64,000 nucleotides of DNA, taken from positions 29,326,001-29,390,000 of the forward strand of contig CM126230.1 in assembly GCA_052327205.1 (NCBI GenBank), written 5' to 3'. This document shows positions 24,988 to 37,627 of this stretch, one piece after another. This DNA is from Somniosus microcephalus. Taxonomy: Eukaryota. Each line of letters begins with the position of its first letter. Positions within the stretch are counted from its first letter, which is position 1. The translations under genes and the position numbers were made by a program. The notes below the pieces were generated by a model that searched no databases, had not been told where the DNA came from, and saw only the letters and a list, made by a program, of their open reading frames with translations.

Positions 24988-27900
24988 TATGAATTGAGTT
25001 ACAGTGTATAGGCCATTATAACAGAAATGAAAATGGAGCGTACACATGCTGCATTAAAAATACTCAATGTACAATTGTTGATACCTGGGCCTTATTTAAT
25101 TATTTTCAGTTTGTCTGATAGAATGAGAGTTAACAGTTACATGAAATGTGGGGGAGGGGGGGACACCACAGCCCCTAAAGTAATTATAGACTTCTTTTAG
25201 ACAGAGCCACTGTTGTGGTCATTCAAAGACCAGAGGCCACTGACTGTAATGAAAAATATGTCACTATTAGTGCTGTGGATTCAGGATAGTATGTCAGCCA
25301 GTCACTATATTCAGTAATTAATAGGTTTAAAGTGTGCAACCATTACAGATTTTTGTGAATAAATTGTAAGTCAATATTGATTCTTTTATTGATTAACCAC
25401 CATTTCTTAGACATTTTATGATGCAAATGACACGATCTCACTAGCTGTGTATGCAGTAATAGATTGCACAATGTGGCAGCATTTCATTTGACCTATACTC
25501 TTAATATGGTATTTCTGTATTTATGACACAGACCTGCCGCACTAGTTTCTAAAGTATTATATTTGCCTCCATGTATGTGACTATTTGAATAATTTATAAC
25601 CCAAAACAAAACTGGCTTCATGCATACTAATTTATTTGGCAAATTATGTCCATTTTTTGGAATAAAATTAAGAATGTTTGCTTTCATGCACTTTTTTTCT
25701 AAAGGAAAAAGTCATGCATTGCAAGAACAGGAGCTTCATTCTAATGTATACCTATGTATATTTTTCATGAAAATGTTGATAAAATAAAAAGAAACCTGGA
25801 ATCATTGTTGCATTACTTACAACAACCTGACTTGTTGGTGCAAGTAATATAAATGGATAGTTTTGATATATAACAGGGCCTAAATGCCAGCATGGTGCCA
25901 CATTAGTTTCCAAAGTGGTGTTGTACACACTCTTAAAGGACCCATGCCATAAACTAACAGCTACAGTAACATTACAAATTGTTTTCTCGTACAGTGGGCC
26001 TTATTTACAGAATATAATCTACACACTTGAACGTTACAAGGACAATTAATTTTAGGCTTTGATCAGTAACCTAGTTACAACAAATAATGAATGTGCTTTG
26101 TCCCACTGCTACTGTTTATCCAAAAGAGCAAATCTGTGCTTTAAATAAAATAAGCAGGTTGCACAAGACCTTGTTCGTGAGACTGAGCACATGTTACTGA
26201 TTAATATCATTGTGCTTCTAAAATCATTTTTATATTGAGAGTACCCATTTAGAATTGTAGATTAATTGGTTACCTCGGCTGCAAAAATCCTTAAATTGTT
26301 CGACTCCCAGTAACAAGCAATTGATGTTGCTGTTTATTGCACATTATAGGAAACGAATGCTGTTTCAGATTTTTGTGTATCTACTGCTCCTTTAATTAGT
26401 TGCTCTTTGGCAATGCATAATACTGTACTGTAAATGGACAGGCCCCTGTGTCCTAATTTTATGCAGTGGAACTGCCAAGATTTGCTTCCAAGCATCGCTA
26501 CAGTGAAAAATGGCATGCATTTTCTTGATAGTCCATGTGGTTGTAGAGTATAAATGGCTAATGAATTACAGATGAACATTGACGCAAATTAATCTTTTTG
26601 ATGTCCCTAGGTTATATGGCAGGCATTTAAAAGTTTAATCAATACACTAAAGTTGAAAACATGCAGGCACTGCAGTTGTTTGGATGTAATAAACATTGGA
26701 GGAAAACTGGAGACTTGTACTCAGTACATGTATCATAATGACAGGTATTTATGTTTAATGGACTAAATATTTTTTACTGGAAGAGAACAAATGTCAGTTT
26801 AACTTTGAAGGTTCTGGATTTAAGTTAGCAATACAGTCTCAGGGAGATGGCTGCCATATCAAATAGTCTGTAAGGAAGCAAAAATCTAAACAATATGATG
26901 ACTAATTGGTTCTGCCTTCAGTTAGTTAAGTTTAATGAAGCAAAATTGTCTCGATTTTTGTTTTTGCATATTAACATGTTCTCCTTTCTGTACAATAGAG
27001 CACAGCCTGAACTGATTATTTCATTTTGGTAACCTAAGTTTAACCTTTTCCACACTTTGATGTAACATGTTTGTTAAACTCACCATATCTTTCTAAAACG
27101 ACTGCAGGGTGAACAGTAACTATGAAGTCTAGTATTCGTGCGGACTGATAAACAGTCTGGGTGAGATATATCCAGTCTAAAATAACAACACCGCTACACG
27201 CCCTATCTCTGCCTAACCCCATAATTCATTCTTGTGTGGTTATGGATGTCTGTGCTCTGTGAGTCTATCTTTTTCCTACAGGTATTATTTCAGCCCTTTC
27301 AGATAATAAGGAAAGTTTAATTGCATTGTTAATTGATTTTTTTTTGCACAGCATTATTACCATGATTGATTGCCATGTTGATGAAAATGTTAAATGCAGC
27401 CAATGTAAAGTACCAGGGCAGTAAGGAGGGAGAGCCTTGTGGAGAACAGATAACCTTGATGTTAAGAGCTACATCCTTTGGATATGTCTTTCCTTGACAT
27501 ATTGATGGCTCTGGAATGGGAAAAGCTGATTGTATGCAGAATACAATCATTAAACCCACTTCAGTGTGCTGTTGATTAATTTGTTTTTTCCTGAAGGTTC
27601 TAGTTAAACAGAAGGCCTCAGTAACCTCAAGAGCAGCAATATTTCAGAGTGGAAATTGTGTCTTAACTGATTTTCTCTTCTTCCCTTCCCTCCTCCCCAA
27701 CCTCCTCCCCCCCCCCCCCCCCCGCCCCACAAAAAAAAATCCCTGTTCCCGTCACCAGTACCGCAGAATAATCTTTCGACACCAGTAGCAAATCTGAAGA
27801 CAGCACATGCCCACATCAAAGCAGAGCATGTCAATGTCATTCAAGGATGTGGAGATACCCTCCCTTTTTTAAACAAAGTATGACATATGAGGAACAAAGT

Positions 27901-28959
27901 GTTGATTGTTCCACTGCCAAATTGTACATAATGGAAACATTAGCTTCAAGATAACTTTTAATCTGTCAGACTAATGGGTTCTTAATGTGTATAGGGGTTT
28001 AAATGTATGTCAGCCATGTCTGTATAAGGTAATATACTTGTGGCCCGAGAGGATCTCGATGACTGTACGCTCGACACAATATGGTTTATTATTGTGTATC
28101 AGCTCATCATTCTGTTCCCACGGACTTTGAGCTGCTTCTCAATTTTCCAGCATCAGATTATATGAAGAGGGGGCCTGAGATGGCCTGTTGTGTTCCAGTT
28201 ATAGATGCACTGCTGCCCCTCGAGTGTATTCGGATAAAGCTGCACCTGATAAGTTATACCGAAACCTTGGGACACAAACTTTTTTCAGAGTGTGCACACG
28301 TGCCTATGATCCACAGGTTACCCTTGTACCGATTCTGCGCCTTTTCCTTTACGCTGTGTTAGTACATGTGGAAAAGAAAATGTGAATGTCAACTTTTCCA
28401 GATCAGATTGCAGCCGATTAAATCTCCTCAGTGAACATTAAGAGATGGAAATAGAAACTGACAGTCTTTACATTTGTAATAGGCATCAGCTGTACCTAAT
28501 TTTGGTTTGTTAAGTTGTAAGTTATCAAAGTTAACAAAAATAAATACAATAAAAGCATAAAGGTTTAATATTAAGAAAATGCATTTACAGCACATTCCTC
28601 TTAGTGTCATTTTCAATTTATCCATTCAAGACATGTAACTAAACAAGTTGGCACTGGCAGTGAGTACATCTTTGGTCTCTGCCAATTATTGGTTATGACA
28701 TTTGGTAAAGCAACAGTTTAAAGAGACAGTATCCCTTTTGTTGGAGTTGACTTTTTTAAAAAAAAGCTCTAACCTTCAAAAGCCTGTTCACATTATTTCA
28801 GATTTTTAAAATTATGGTTCTGAATCATGAGACTTGTTACAAAATTCGAAAGCTAATGGAATAAACCTGTGGACCAATCTGTTACTGAAATCCTCCCACT
28901 TGTGGAAAAAGGCTGCCATAGCTCACTCACAACTGGGACCACGGGTCAATCTATACGTG

Positions 28960-29260
28960 TAACATGACCTTGGACCTCGGTCTGTGCTGAGTTTAATCTC
29001 GGTGAGTGAGCTACTGTTGGCCACCGCACCCCTGGGGTAGGAAGGGGAAAATCAACCAGAGTTCCCACTCCGCATTGGTATCAAAGATCCCTGCTGAAAG
29101 TGCATGTGGGTTGATGCCAACTAGTGGACTCAGTATGATGCCCTCCGCTGTTGAATACTCTGCTGGCACTCACCATCAATGCACACATGAATAATAACTG
29201 CTTGGGCAAGGTGCTGAGGCTGGTTGGTGCCCATGAAACTGTAACCAAACAAAGAGTCAT
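28960..29260 (+). mobile_element. Old SINE-like repeat, split by the Harbinger insertion (resumes ~30844-30880)
   Basis: Similar to 36350-36710, 40990-41370, 33070-33320 and minus-strand copies near 10580-10770 and 47280-47560. Confidence 0.6.
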
Positions 29261-29619
29261 GGGCCTAGAAATTCGGTATAGCCGCGTTTGTGGTGCTAGT
29301 CCTGGCGCTGCGCAAAGTTTAGCGCCAGGCACAATTTAGCGCCACCTAGCGCGATATTGGGTTGCAGCGCCCCTAAAGGTGATTGCGGCGCTAAATCAGG
29401 TGCTTCACACTACTCTTAAGGCGCTAACCCGGTGGCGCAACCCAATTTCGCCGCGGCGGGGCGCAGCGAGGGTGCTGTCAATAATCAATTTCCCTGAGAC
29501 TCACTGGCGCCAGCCAGCTCTTAAAGGGGCAGGTCAATTGGCATCACCAGACACACTCACTGCCTTGTAGGCCTTCAAAGCGGTGGGAGCCTACCTGTGG
29601 CGCACCAGCCTAGCAAGAC

Positions 29620-29721
29620 ATGGAAAGGGTGAGGCAGAGGGCAGAACGCCTCACTGATGGGGCATTGGATGCTTTGGTTGGCGCAGTGGAATCAAGGCCA
29701 AGGAAGATGGTCGGAATGTGA
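29620..29721 (+). pseudogene. N-terminal remnant of Harbinger Myb/SANT-like (NAIF1/MSANTD-type) protein
   Basis: MERVRQRAERLTDGALDALVGAVESR resembles R.RA.RFSD..LE.LV..V..R. Confidence 0.6.
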
Positions 29722-30004
29722 TTTATGTTTTGGACAGTCTCCCGGGTGTGAGAGGCAGTTATGTGTCAGTGTACTGTATTAGTTTTGCTTTCTGTTGCCA
29801 TAGCTTTCTCATGTTTGAAGGAACCACATTTTGTGTAATGAAACACTTTCTTCATTTACAATGGCCATGCCTTCTATTTACATGCATCTTGCCCTTCACA
29901 GGCTTGGGGGTATCAGACCGGTTCCATTCCTGTTCTTGGAATGGCAGCAAGCATTCCGTGAGAGGGGCCTAGAAGTTACTTCTGATCAGCCTCTGACGCG
30001 CAGC

Positions 30005-30340
30005 CTAAGAGCCGCTCGCGTAGAAGTTCAGGCCAGCAGGCATCTTCTCAGCCACCGACAGAGATGTCCTGCACCTTATCTGAGGCTGCAGATCTGGCTG
30101 AAGCAGCTGGCACAGCTCAGTCACCACCTCCTTTCTAAATCGCAGCCTTCTGACACACTGCTCCTCCGGCATGTTCATGTAGGAAAACTGCTGTCGGAAA
30201 ACCCTGCCACCGTAAGGTCTGCTGTGGCGACGTCTGTTGGCCCTCCTCCGTCTGGCCATGCTCGCCCCCCTCTCCCAGCGTCTCAGTGCCCTTTCCAGAT
30301 GATTCAGCAGCAGGACGTTCCCCTCCAATGCAGCCCCCAT
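30005..30340 (-). pseudogene. N-terminal remnant of Harbinger (HARBI1-like) transposase
   Basis: RVFRQQFSYMNMPEEQCVRRLRFRKEVVTELCQLLQPDL...LNFYASGS, then stop; catalytic DDE region missing. Confidence 0.85.
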
Positions 30341-31478
30341 AATAAGTGCCCACAGGAAGGTTCCCCATTGTCAAGGCTCACCAACAGCAAGGTGATGGTC
30401 AGAAGGCTGAAGATCGTCTGCCTGCGCTGGCTCAGTGGTCAAATGGCTCTCCGTGTGCAGCTCAGCAACTTGTTGTAGCTCTCGAGGAAGTTGTATTCCA
30501 AAAATGGCTGCCGCTTTTAAACCACACCAGTCCCCTTTAAATAACGCTCTTCCAGCCTGAGAGCGACTTGGTAAGGTCCAGGTAAGCTGTCACTATTAGC
30601 GCCAGGCGCTACGGAGGGGGGCGCCACTGAATTTCCGGTCCGGGGCGCCCAAAAGGCGTTGCACACTCAAATGACGTCATAATCAGCCTGCGCCCATGAG
30701 CGGGCGCTAAGATTTAGCGCCGGCGCTAAATGCATGCTCAATATGGGGCTAGGCGCCTTGCGCCCGCCCGGAAATTGGCTAGCGCCCCACTTCTCGGCCT
30801 CTTTAGGCGTTAATCGGTGGCGCTAACAACCGAATTTCTCCCCCATGATCTTCAGGAGAGGAAGAGTGAACATTGGCAGGCAAAAAAGGACAGCATGTCA
30901 ATATATTAAGTGTAGAATCAGTATCCTATCACTATGTATTACTGGCAAATCCAGAAATTATTATATCTTGTCACATTTACAAAACCTTTTAGTTTTTTTT
31001 GTAATTTTGTTTTGTAAATCTACAATTACACAATGTAATAACATGTCACCCCTATTTTATTGTAATGAACTTTTCAAAAGTTTACATACAGATACATATT
31101 TCTGGATCTCTTGTATACTTTGACTGCGCAGTGTTTACCTGATTTCAGATGAGTTCTTGTTGGTTTAGTTCCCCTCAAACTTTGAGCTACTGTCTTTTCC
31201 TAGGATATAGATTGGGTCGTGGGCTTATGTTGAGTGAGGGAGGAAGAGAACACAGACTATCCAGTATTTTCCCCAGGTCTAGGTGGAGGCTATACATCAC
31301 ATGTTCCAATTTAGACATGTCCAATAGGTTTTTAGCCACATACTTGTTGTGCCACAGTGAGGATGTGCATCGTCTTACAGCCAACAGAGAGAGTTGTGCT
31401 AACCTACATACTGCGGGAGCTCTCATTCTCCAGTGGCTAGGCCTAACCAGCATAGGCCTGGAATGTATGAATAGTGAC

Positions 31479-32163
31479 TATGTTTGACAACTCTCCAGGA
31501 TTGTCCTGGAGTCTCCCGGAATGAAAGATTAATCTCCAGGACACTGCTACGGGCAACCCGTATTCATTTTCTGTGAACATTTATTAGTTATAAAAAGGCT
31601 GTTTGACTGACGGTCAAGCATCATCCAATTAAGAGCCTGTTTGCTTTCCAATTGCCAAGGGAAAGCGGAGTGCGCGAGGATGGATGGGTTGGGAGACCCG
31701 GGTTGGGAGACTGATGTTGGGAGACCCCAGGGTTGGGAGACCCCAGGGTTGGGAGACCAGGGTTGGGAGACCCCAGGGTTGGGACATCAGAGTTGGGAGA
31801 CCCCAGGGTTGGGAGACCCCAGGGTTGGGAGACCAATGTTGGGAGACCAGGGTTGGGAGACTGATGTTGGGAGACCCCAGGGTTGGGAGACTAATGTTGG
31901 GAGACCCCAGGGTTGGGAGACCCATGTTGGGAGACCCCAGGGTTGGGAGATCAATGTTGGGAGACCTCAGGGTTGGGAGACCCCAGGGTTGGGAGATCGA
32001 TGTTGGGAGACCCCAGGGTTGGGAGATCGATGTTGGGAGACCCCAGGGTTGGGACACCAGGGTTGGGAGACCGATGGCGGGAACGTGTGGGCGGAGCAGT
32101 TGGCGGCAGGAGGTTGTGAGAGGAAACCTCCAGGAATGTGTCCAACAAGAGTTGGCAGCCCTA
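31479..32163. mobile_element. hAT-type MITE containing an expanded minisatellite
   Basis: 8-bp TSD ATAGTGAC/ATAGTGAG; ends TATGTTTGACAAC / GTTGGCAGCCCTA; homologous to 19596-19871. Confidence 0.8.
31686..32072 (+). repeat. G-rich minisatellite, 14-16-bp units GGGTTGGGAGACC(CC)A / TGTTGGGAGA
   Basis: Roughly 25 tandem units read directly. Confidence 0.95.
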
Positions 32164-33323
32164 ATAGTGAGGGAAGTTGTGATGGCCGTTTTGGACTACA
32201 GGTACCATCCAGCGTGGCTGGATACAGGGGAATGACCAGAACATGTGTTATACACATGTTAAAGCACATTGTCCATATGCATAATTCACTATTTCACCAC
32301 GTTTTTCTCCATGATTACTTCAATACTGAATTGGACCCTGAAAATTGGACATTAGGGAACCTGGGAGTAAATTAGCATCTTTGGCCTGATGGTCCTTGTG
32401 ATTCTCATGAATTATAATCAATCATACTTGTAAAAGCACTCCCATCACAAACTCTCAAACTACCAGCACAGTGACATTGTATGATTCATTACTGCGATTA
32501 AAAAGTCTGCCAGTTCCTTTCTTTTTCATCCAAAATTCATTTTTGCATCACTAATTTGCGAAGGATTTTATACAAAATGTAACCATATGTCCAATATCAA
32601 AATGTGTAAAGCTGCCAGAGAGAGGCATGGTGAGGTAAATACAAGTAAATGGATGGGAATGTTACCATAACTTGATTGGAGAATGACAGGGTTCAGTTAC
32701 TTCAGCACAGCAATCCAGAAAATTACTTTTACTTTTTGAAAATGCACAGCTAAAAGGCAAAACAACACCAGTAAACTGTTGGAAAACACGTTTGGGCTAC
32801 AGCGCCTTCAAAGGGAAGTACCAGATGCCAGAAATGTTGCATTTAATACATAGAAGGTAGCTCCTCTCGATATTTCCGAATACTAATTCAGCTGTTACAG
32901 TTAATCTACATTGTTTTTCTCTAGCTTACAGCAGCCATTTTCTGTTGGGAGAGATCAGTTTGTCACCATGTGGCAATGCCATGGCCACGTGAAACTCGAA
33001 ATGCTGACTAAGGCGGTCTTTTTTAAAGTTTCTTTGGAAAACTTAATCAAATCTAGGTTATGCGAAAGGCTCATTGAGTAAAAGCACCACCTAGTCTGGT
33101 AGTGAGCCAAATAGGCTCAGATGGTCCTATACTGCGCTCTGATTTCTGCAAGGACATGGTGGGCTGCAGCATTTGGAGAGGGGGAAAAATCAATTGAGGT
33201 TCCCACTCCTGATCACCATCCTGAAATTGTGCATGTGTGGAGATCAAATAAGGCTTAGCTTTTATGGTGCCCACATTCAAATAGCCTGTTGTTCACCTGA
33301 AGAGGGGCCATTTGGAGAGGATT

Positions 33324-33425
33324 CAACAGTGACTACACTTCAAAAGTACTTCCCTGGCTGTAAAGCACTTTGGGACATCGTGAGGCTGTGAAAGGTGCTA
33401 TATAAATGCAAGTCTTTCTTCTTTC
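33324..33425 (+). mobile_element. DeuSINE 3' tail fragment
   Basis: CAACAGTGACTACACTTCAAAAGTAC...TATAAATGCAAGTCTTTCTT. Confidence 0.75.
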
Positions 33426-36349
33426 TATTTTACAAGTTTTCTGGAGCCTTTTTTACATTTATTTTGTGTATTTTTCAAGTGTGAACAATTTCTCGGGTAC
33501 TTTGTATAGTTAAAGTTTAACTGTTCAGCTGCAACACTTCCTTGCTTAAAGCAAATTGTTCCTTTATTTGCGTGATATCTGAGCTTCCTATTTTAAATGA
33601 GTATCTTTTTATTGCCCCTTTGAACTCCAGGTTTATCAGGTATACATGAAAGCTGTAAAATATGATTTGCTATCAAATCGCAGCTGCATCGCCTGGTGTG
33701 GCTTCACTGCAAAGCCAACACTTAAAAAAAAATTAAACAGTTTCAGACCCCAGGAGTTTAGAAATTTCAGCTGACTTTTACTGTCACTAGCTCGAGCACC
33801 TTCATCCCCAGGCGAGCAGCAGCAGCTGGAATTTATTTCCTGCTGCCAGACAGTCCGACTGCTTTACGATACATCCAGAAATTCACTTTCTTTAATATTC
33901 GAACCCTTTATTCGAGGTGACAGCTGCTCACACGTTGCTGTACAGAGCACCTCAAGTAGCGAGAGTTATCAGAAAAAATGAGTGTCCCGTCGTTACAAGC
34001 TCACAATGTAGAATGACTGAGGTTATCCCTAGGCCTCTGAGCCCCAACCTCCCTGACAGAACAACCGCTGGTAACATAAAACTTGACTACAGTTTGTAAT
34101 GATGTCTGGGGAAAACTAGGCGGAGGAGCAGCAGAGAATACTGCAAGTGATAGGAGATGATGTCAGATTCAGTTAGGAGTGCAGACAGTGTTGGAATATG
34201 GTTGGCACTAATATGGTACCAGTATCTTTCTCCTCATCTCTGTTTTCTGTCACTGCTCACAATTCTGGGCCTGTCTCCACAACTGACAATGTCTTTTCAG
34301 ATCACGTTATTGCCAGCGCAGAGTGCACTCAGCACATCATCACTCAGCTCCTTTGTTTGAAGCCTGGTCTTTTGTCATTAATGCACTTGATATCTATTTA
34401 AAACTGACGGAGAATATGGGATCTGTTTTCCTGTCTTGAGATCATTGACAATATTAATACCACATGTCCTAGCTTCATTTTCTAAGCGCTGACACCTAGC
34501 TGCAGTCTCTTGCATTCATCAAGTGGCTCTTTCACCAGGATGTCTGTTAGCAGTCCTGTTTCTAATCCGTCAGTAACACCAGCAGATTGCAATCACCAAC
34601 TGTTAACATAGGCTACAAAAACATGTTCTTAACAAGTCACTTCATTTATTTTATTTTGGCGGGGAGTGGGGGGGGGTTGGAGAAGATCGTGATAAATCTA
34701 ACGTGTAAAGGGCAGAAGCCAAAAGTGTTTCTGGAAAGAACTGATCCGAGTAGCCTGAAGGCATCGAGTGTTAAACATTGACCAGATACCCCTGCAATTG
34801 TGAGTTTGTGTCCCATTGAAACCATGTGGCCTCTGTGCTTCAAGCTTATCAATAGAATTGTTCCACCTGAAGCTGCTTGCTCAGCTGACCTTATGAGTCA
34901 AAGTGCAAATGACAAGTAGCTCACTGTTTGATTGGTTTACTGTCCTGTCGTTCTCTGAGCTTGACCAATGACTCTGTTGAGTGCTACAGCTGCTATCAGT
35001 ACAGTTGGATACTTTGCTGCATTTTTTTTGCCAATGATTTTGCATGCTGTGGAAGAACGGAGCAAATAGTAGGGTCGAATCTCCTTGCGGATTGCTACAG
35101 TAATTGCAAGGTATGTTTATGCTGCATAAAGAATCAGATCAACATTTGCAAGTCGGGCTGAGCAAAGGTAATTGGCAGTTTAATGAATCAATCAAAAGGC
35201 ATTACATTGCTTGCACAAAATTATTCAATAACTTAGTGTGTAACATTTGGGTGCCATGTCAAGTGGGAAATAAAATTTCTTTTTTTGCGAAGTTGACACA
35301 TCATCCTTACACATCGACGCTGTTTCCCCCTGAGACCAACATGACAGTGCCATATAGCTCATGAGCCATTATTTTCCCCACATGTACTCTTTTCAAGGAT
35401 GCCGTTTCGCTCCTTGACACTGCTCAATCATCACTTCCCTCCACGAGCCTGTCAATCCCTTTTGGAGATCATCGTGAGTGATGTTCTTCTCCTGAGATCA
35501 GCTCTTCCCAGCATCGAGGGGGAAGAATGATAGACTGATCCCGTCTGCTACTAAAAATTTTTAATGGATCAATAATTTAAAAAAAAGTCCAGAAACTTAA
35601 ATTACATGAAACATGTCAATACACTACTATAAAGATAAAGCTTTCACTTAAATAAAAGTATCCTTCAGATCCGGCACTCTGAGCAATAGCTGCCTCCCTC
35701 GTGCTAACTCTAAGGCACTGACTTTGCAGTCATGTTGAGGACATGTTCGGCTCTGACCATTTGATGAGAGTTGTTTGTTCCTCTGCCTTCCTTGACGAAT
35801 TTCTCTGCCCCTTCCTAGTCTGAGTGCAAAAAGAATGAAAGCAACAAATGTATTCGAATGTGAAAAGAAGACATACAACGGGACTTAGTTTACAGATAAA
35901 ATAACCACGAGTGATGTCAGATGTATGTCTGGTGAGGTACAACGTGCTGACTCACTGCAGTCCTTTACTTGTCCATTAGCCAACAGGCCCCATCATACAC
36001 TGAGTTTAAACTACACAATGAATTACTTGTACAAGTTCATTTAAGTTACGCTTTTTAAGACGGAAACAATGTGATGGCTTTATCTTGTAATGGGGACTGT
36101 TGTGTGCTCTGTAATAGAGTTGCTGCACTGTGATGTCCTGACATAGTAAATTAATTCAAAGTAAAGGTTGGCCAGCCTTTGTCCACATTGTGAAATGTTA
36201 GAAAATAACAGTCAAAAAGAATTAGTCTACAGGTTCATTTTTAAAAAATTATTAAAGGTCGTAATCGCCAATGAAATTAATATTGTAAAGATGAAATAAT
36301 TCTTAACTAATAGAAAATAGCACAAAGATTCCCCTAATAGCACATTTGA

Positions 36350-36710
36350 ACCACTGGGTAGCTGAGTTGTAGAGACCAGGGCCATCCAGGTTTGATCCCT
36401 GGTCTCTCCTGAGTTCGCTGGTCTCAGATGAGGTGCTACACCTGGCCCCTCAGCTCCTGGGTTGGAGAAGGGAAAATCGGTCCAAATTCCTGCTGTAGGT
36501 CATTGTAAATGTACATGTGTGGATGCCGGATAAGGTTAGGATTGGTCTTGGCGGTGATGCCTCCACAGCCAAATAGCCTGTCATCACTCACTGTGGAGGC
36601 TCAACTGTGAATAATGGTCACTTGTGTGAGGTACCAGAGGGGACTGGTTGCTGTGGAACTGCACCTCAGCAAGGAGTCAACACATTCAGGGGGTGAGGAG
36701 CAGAGAAAAC
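36350..36710 (+). mobile_element. Old SINE-like repeat
   Basis: B-box-like GGTTTGATCCC followed by a body shared with 28960 and 40990 copies. Confidence 0.6.
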
Positions 36711-37547
36711 GTTTTTTTAAACTGAGGCTTTCGATTTAATGCATGTAAGTATTTTGTGTTCACTGTGGTAAGGAATGATGGTACTCAAGTTTTATTTCTT
36801 GCTGAATAAGTGCTGCCACCTCACGTTCAGATACATTTCAAAGTTGCCTCTAGGTTGCCCCAAATTAGCCGGATTAAGCTTGAATTTGGAAGAGGATTTT
36901 CTGCCGTTCCACTAGTTTACTTCTGTGTCCAATGCCAGCATTCTAGCTTCCCTGATTGCTCAATTTTTGTTGCATTTATCGGCATTTATACATTGTGGAC
37001 TTGTATCCTGGAAGCTTGATTGAGGCTGCTCAACTGTTTTACACTTTGTACTTTAAATAGACATCAGAGAGATGCCTTTCATCTCATCTGTGTAGACTAA
37101 ACTCAAACTCCGCGCTGAAAGGGAACGTTCTAACCCACTGTGTTAGCCCAGTTGCCTGACCGTCAGATTTTATCTGCAGGCTCTGTTCCTTGAGATAACC
37201 TTATCTAAAGGCTTTGTGTCTTTCCACAGTCCATTGTGACAGGCCAGCTAATTGAAGTGCTTAGTGTGTCAGAGAGAACAACTTTATTCCCAGTTTGACC
37301 ATGAAGTGATATAATCTGCTTTGGGATGGAGTCTTCCACCTTCAGAGGAGGAAGATACTTTACCTGCCTCAGTGATTATCCTTATTCCTCTTTCCTGAGT
37401 CATAGAGTAGCCCTGAGTTTAGGATCGCACCGTAGAGCAATGTACAATTAAGCAGGCATCCTGGAAAAGGAAAATATGTAAATTTGTTTTCTTTTTAAAA
37501 AAATTTAAAAGACAATCTATTTACTGTAGTTTTTTTTGCATTTGTAG

Positions 37548-37627
37548 GTGTTTTTGCAAAATGTCGCTATGTCTATCATGGAAGGCACTCCGAGGGAAAC
37601 AGATTCATCCGCGATGACCAGCTTTAA
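37548..37627 (+). CDS. LRMDA: Last coding exon of leucine-rich melanocyte differentiation-associated protein (C10orf11)
   Basis: Strong acceptor TTTTTTTTGCATTTGTAG; phase-1 exon reads (G)[25 protein letters not shown], matching the remembered human C-terminus [26 protein letters not shown]; not the frame shown in the ORF track. Confidence 0.88.

Larger units (their letters stand above)
29261..30843. mobile_element. Internally deleted PIF/Harbinger transposon with convergent Myb and transposase remnants
   Basis: TSD CAT (29258-29260, 30844-30846); termini GGGCCTAGAAATTCGG / CCGAATTTCTCCCC; many TTAGCGCC/GGCGCTAA subterminal motifs. Confidence 0.9.

Noticed and set aside
29831-30478. 215-aa plus-strand ORF
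   Set aside because: Antisense shadow of the Harbinger transposase remnant
31629-32375. Long ORFs on both strands and a CRISPR-like periodic look
   Set aside because: Products of a stop-free minisatellite; no unique spacers, and the context is eukaryotic
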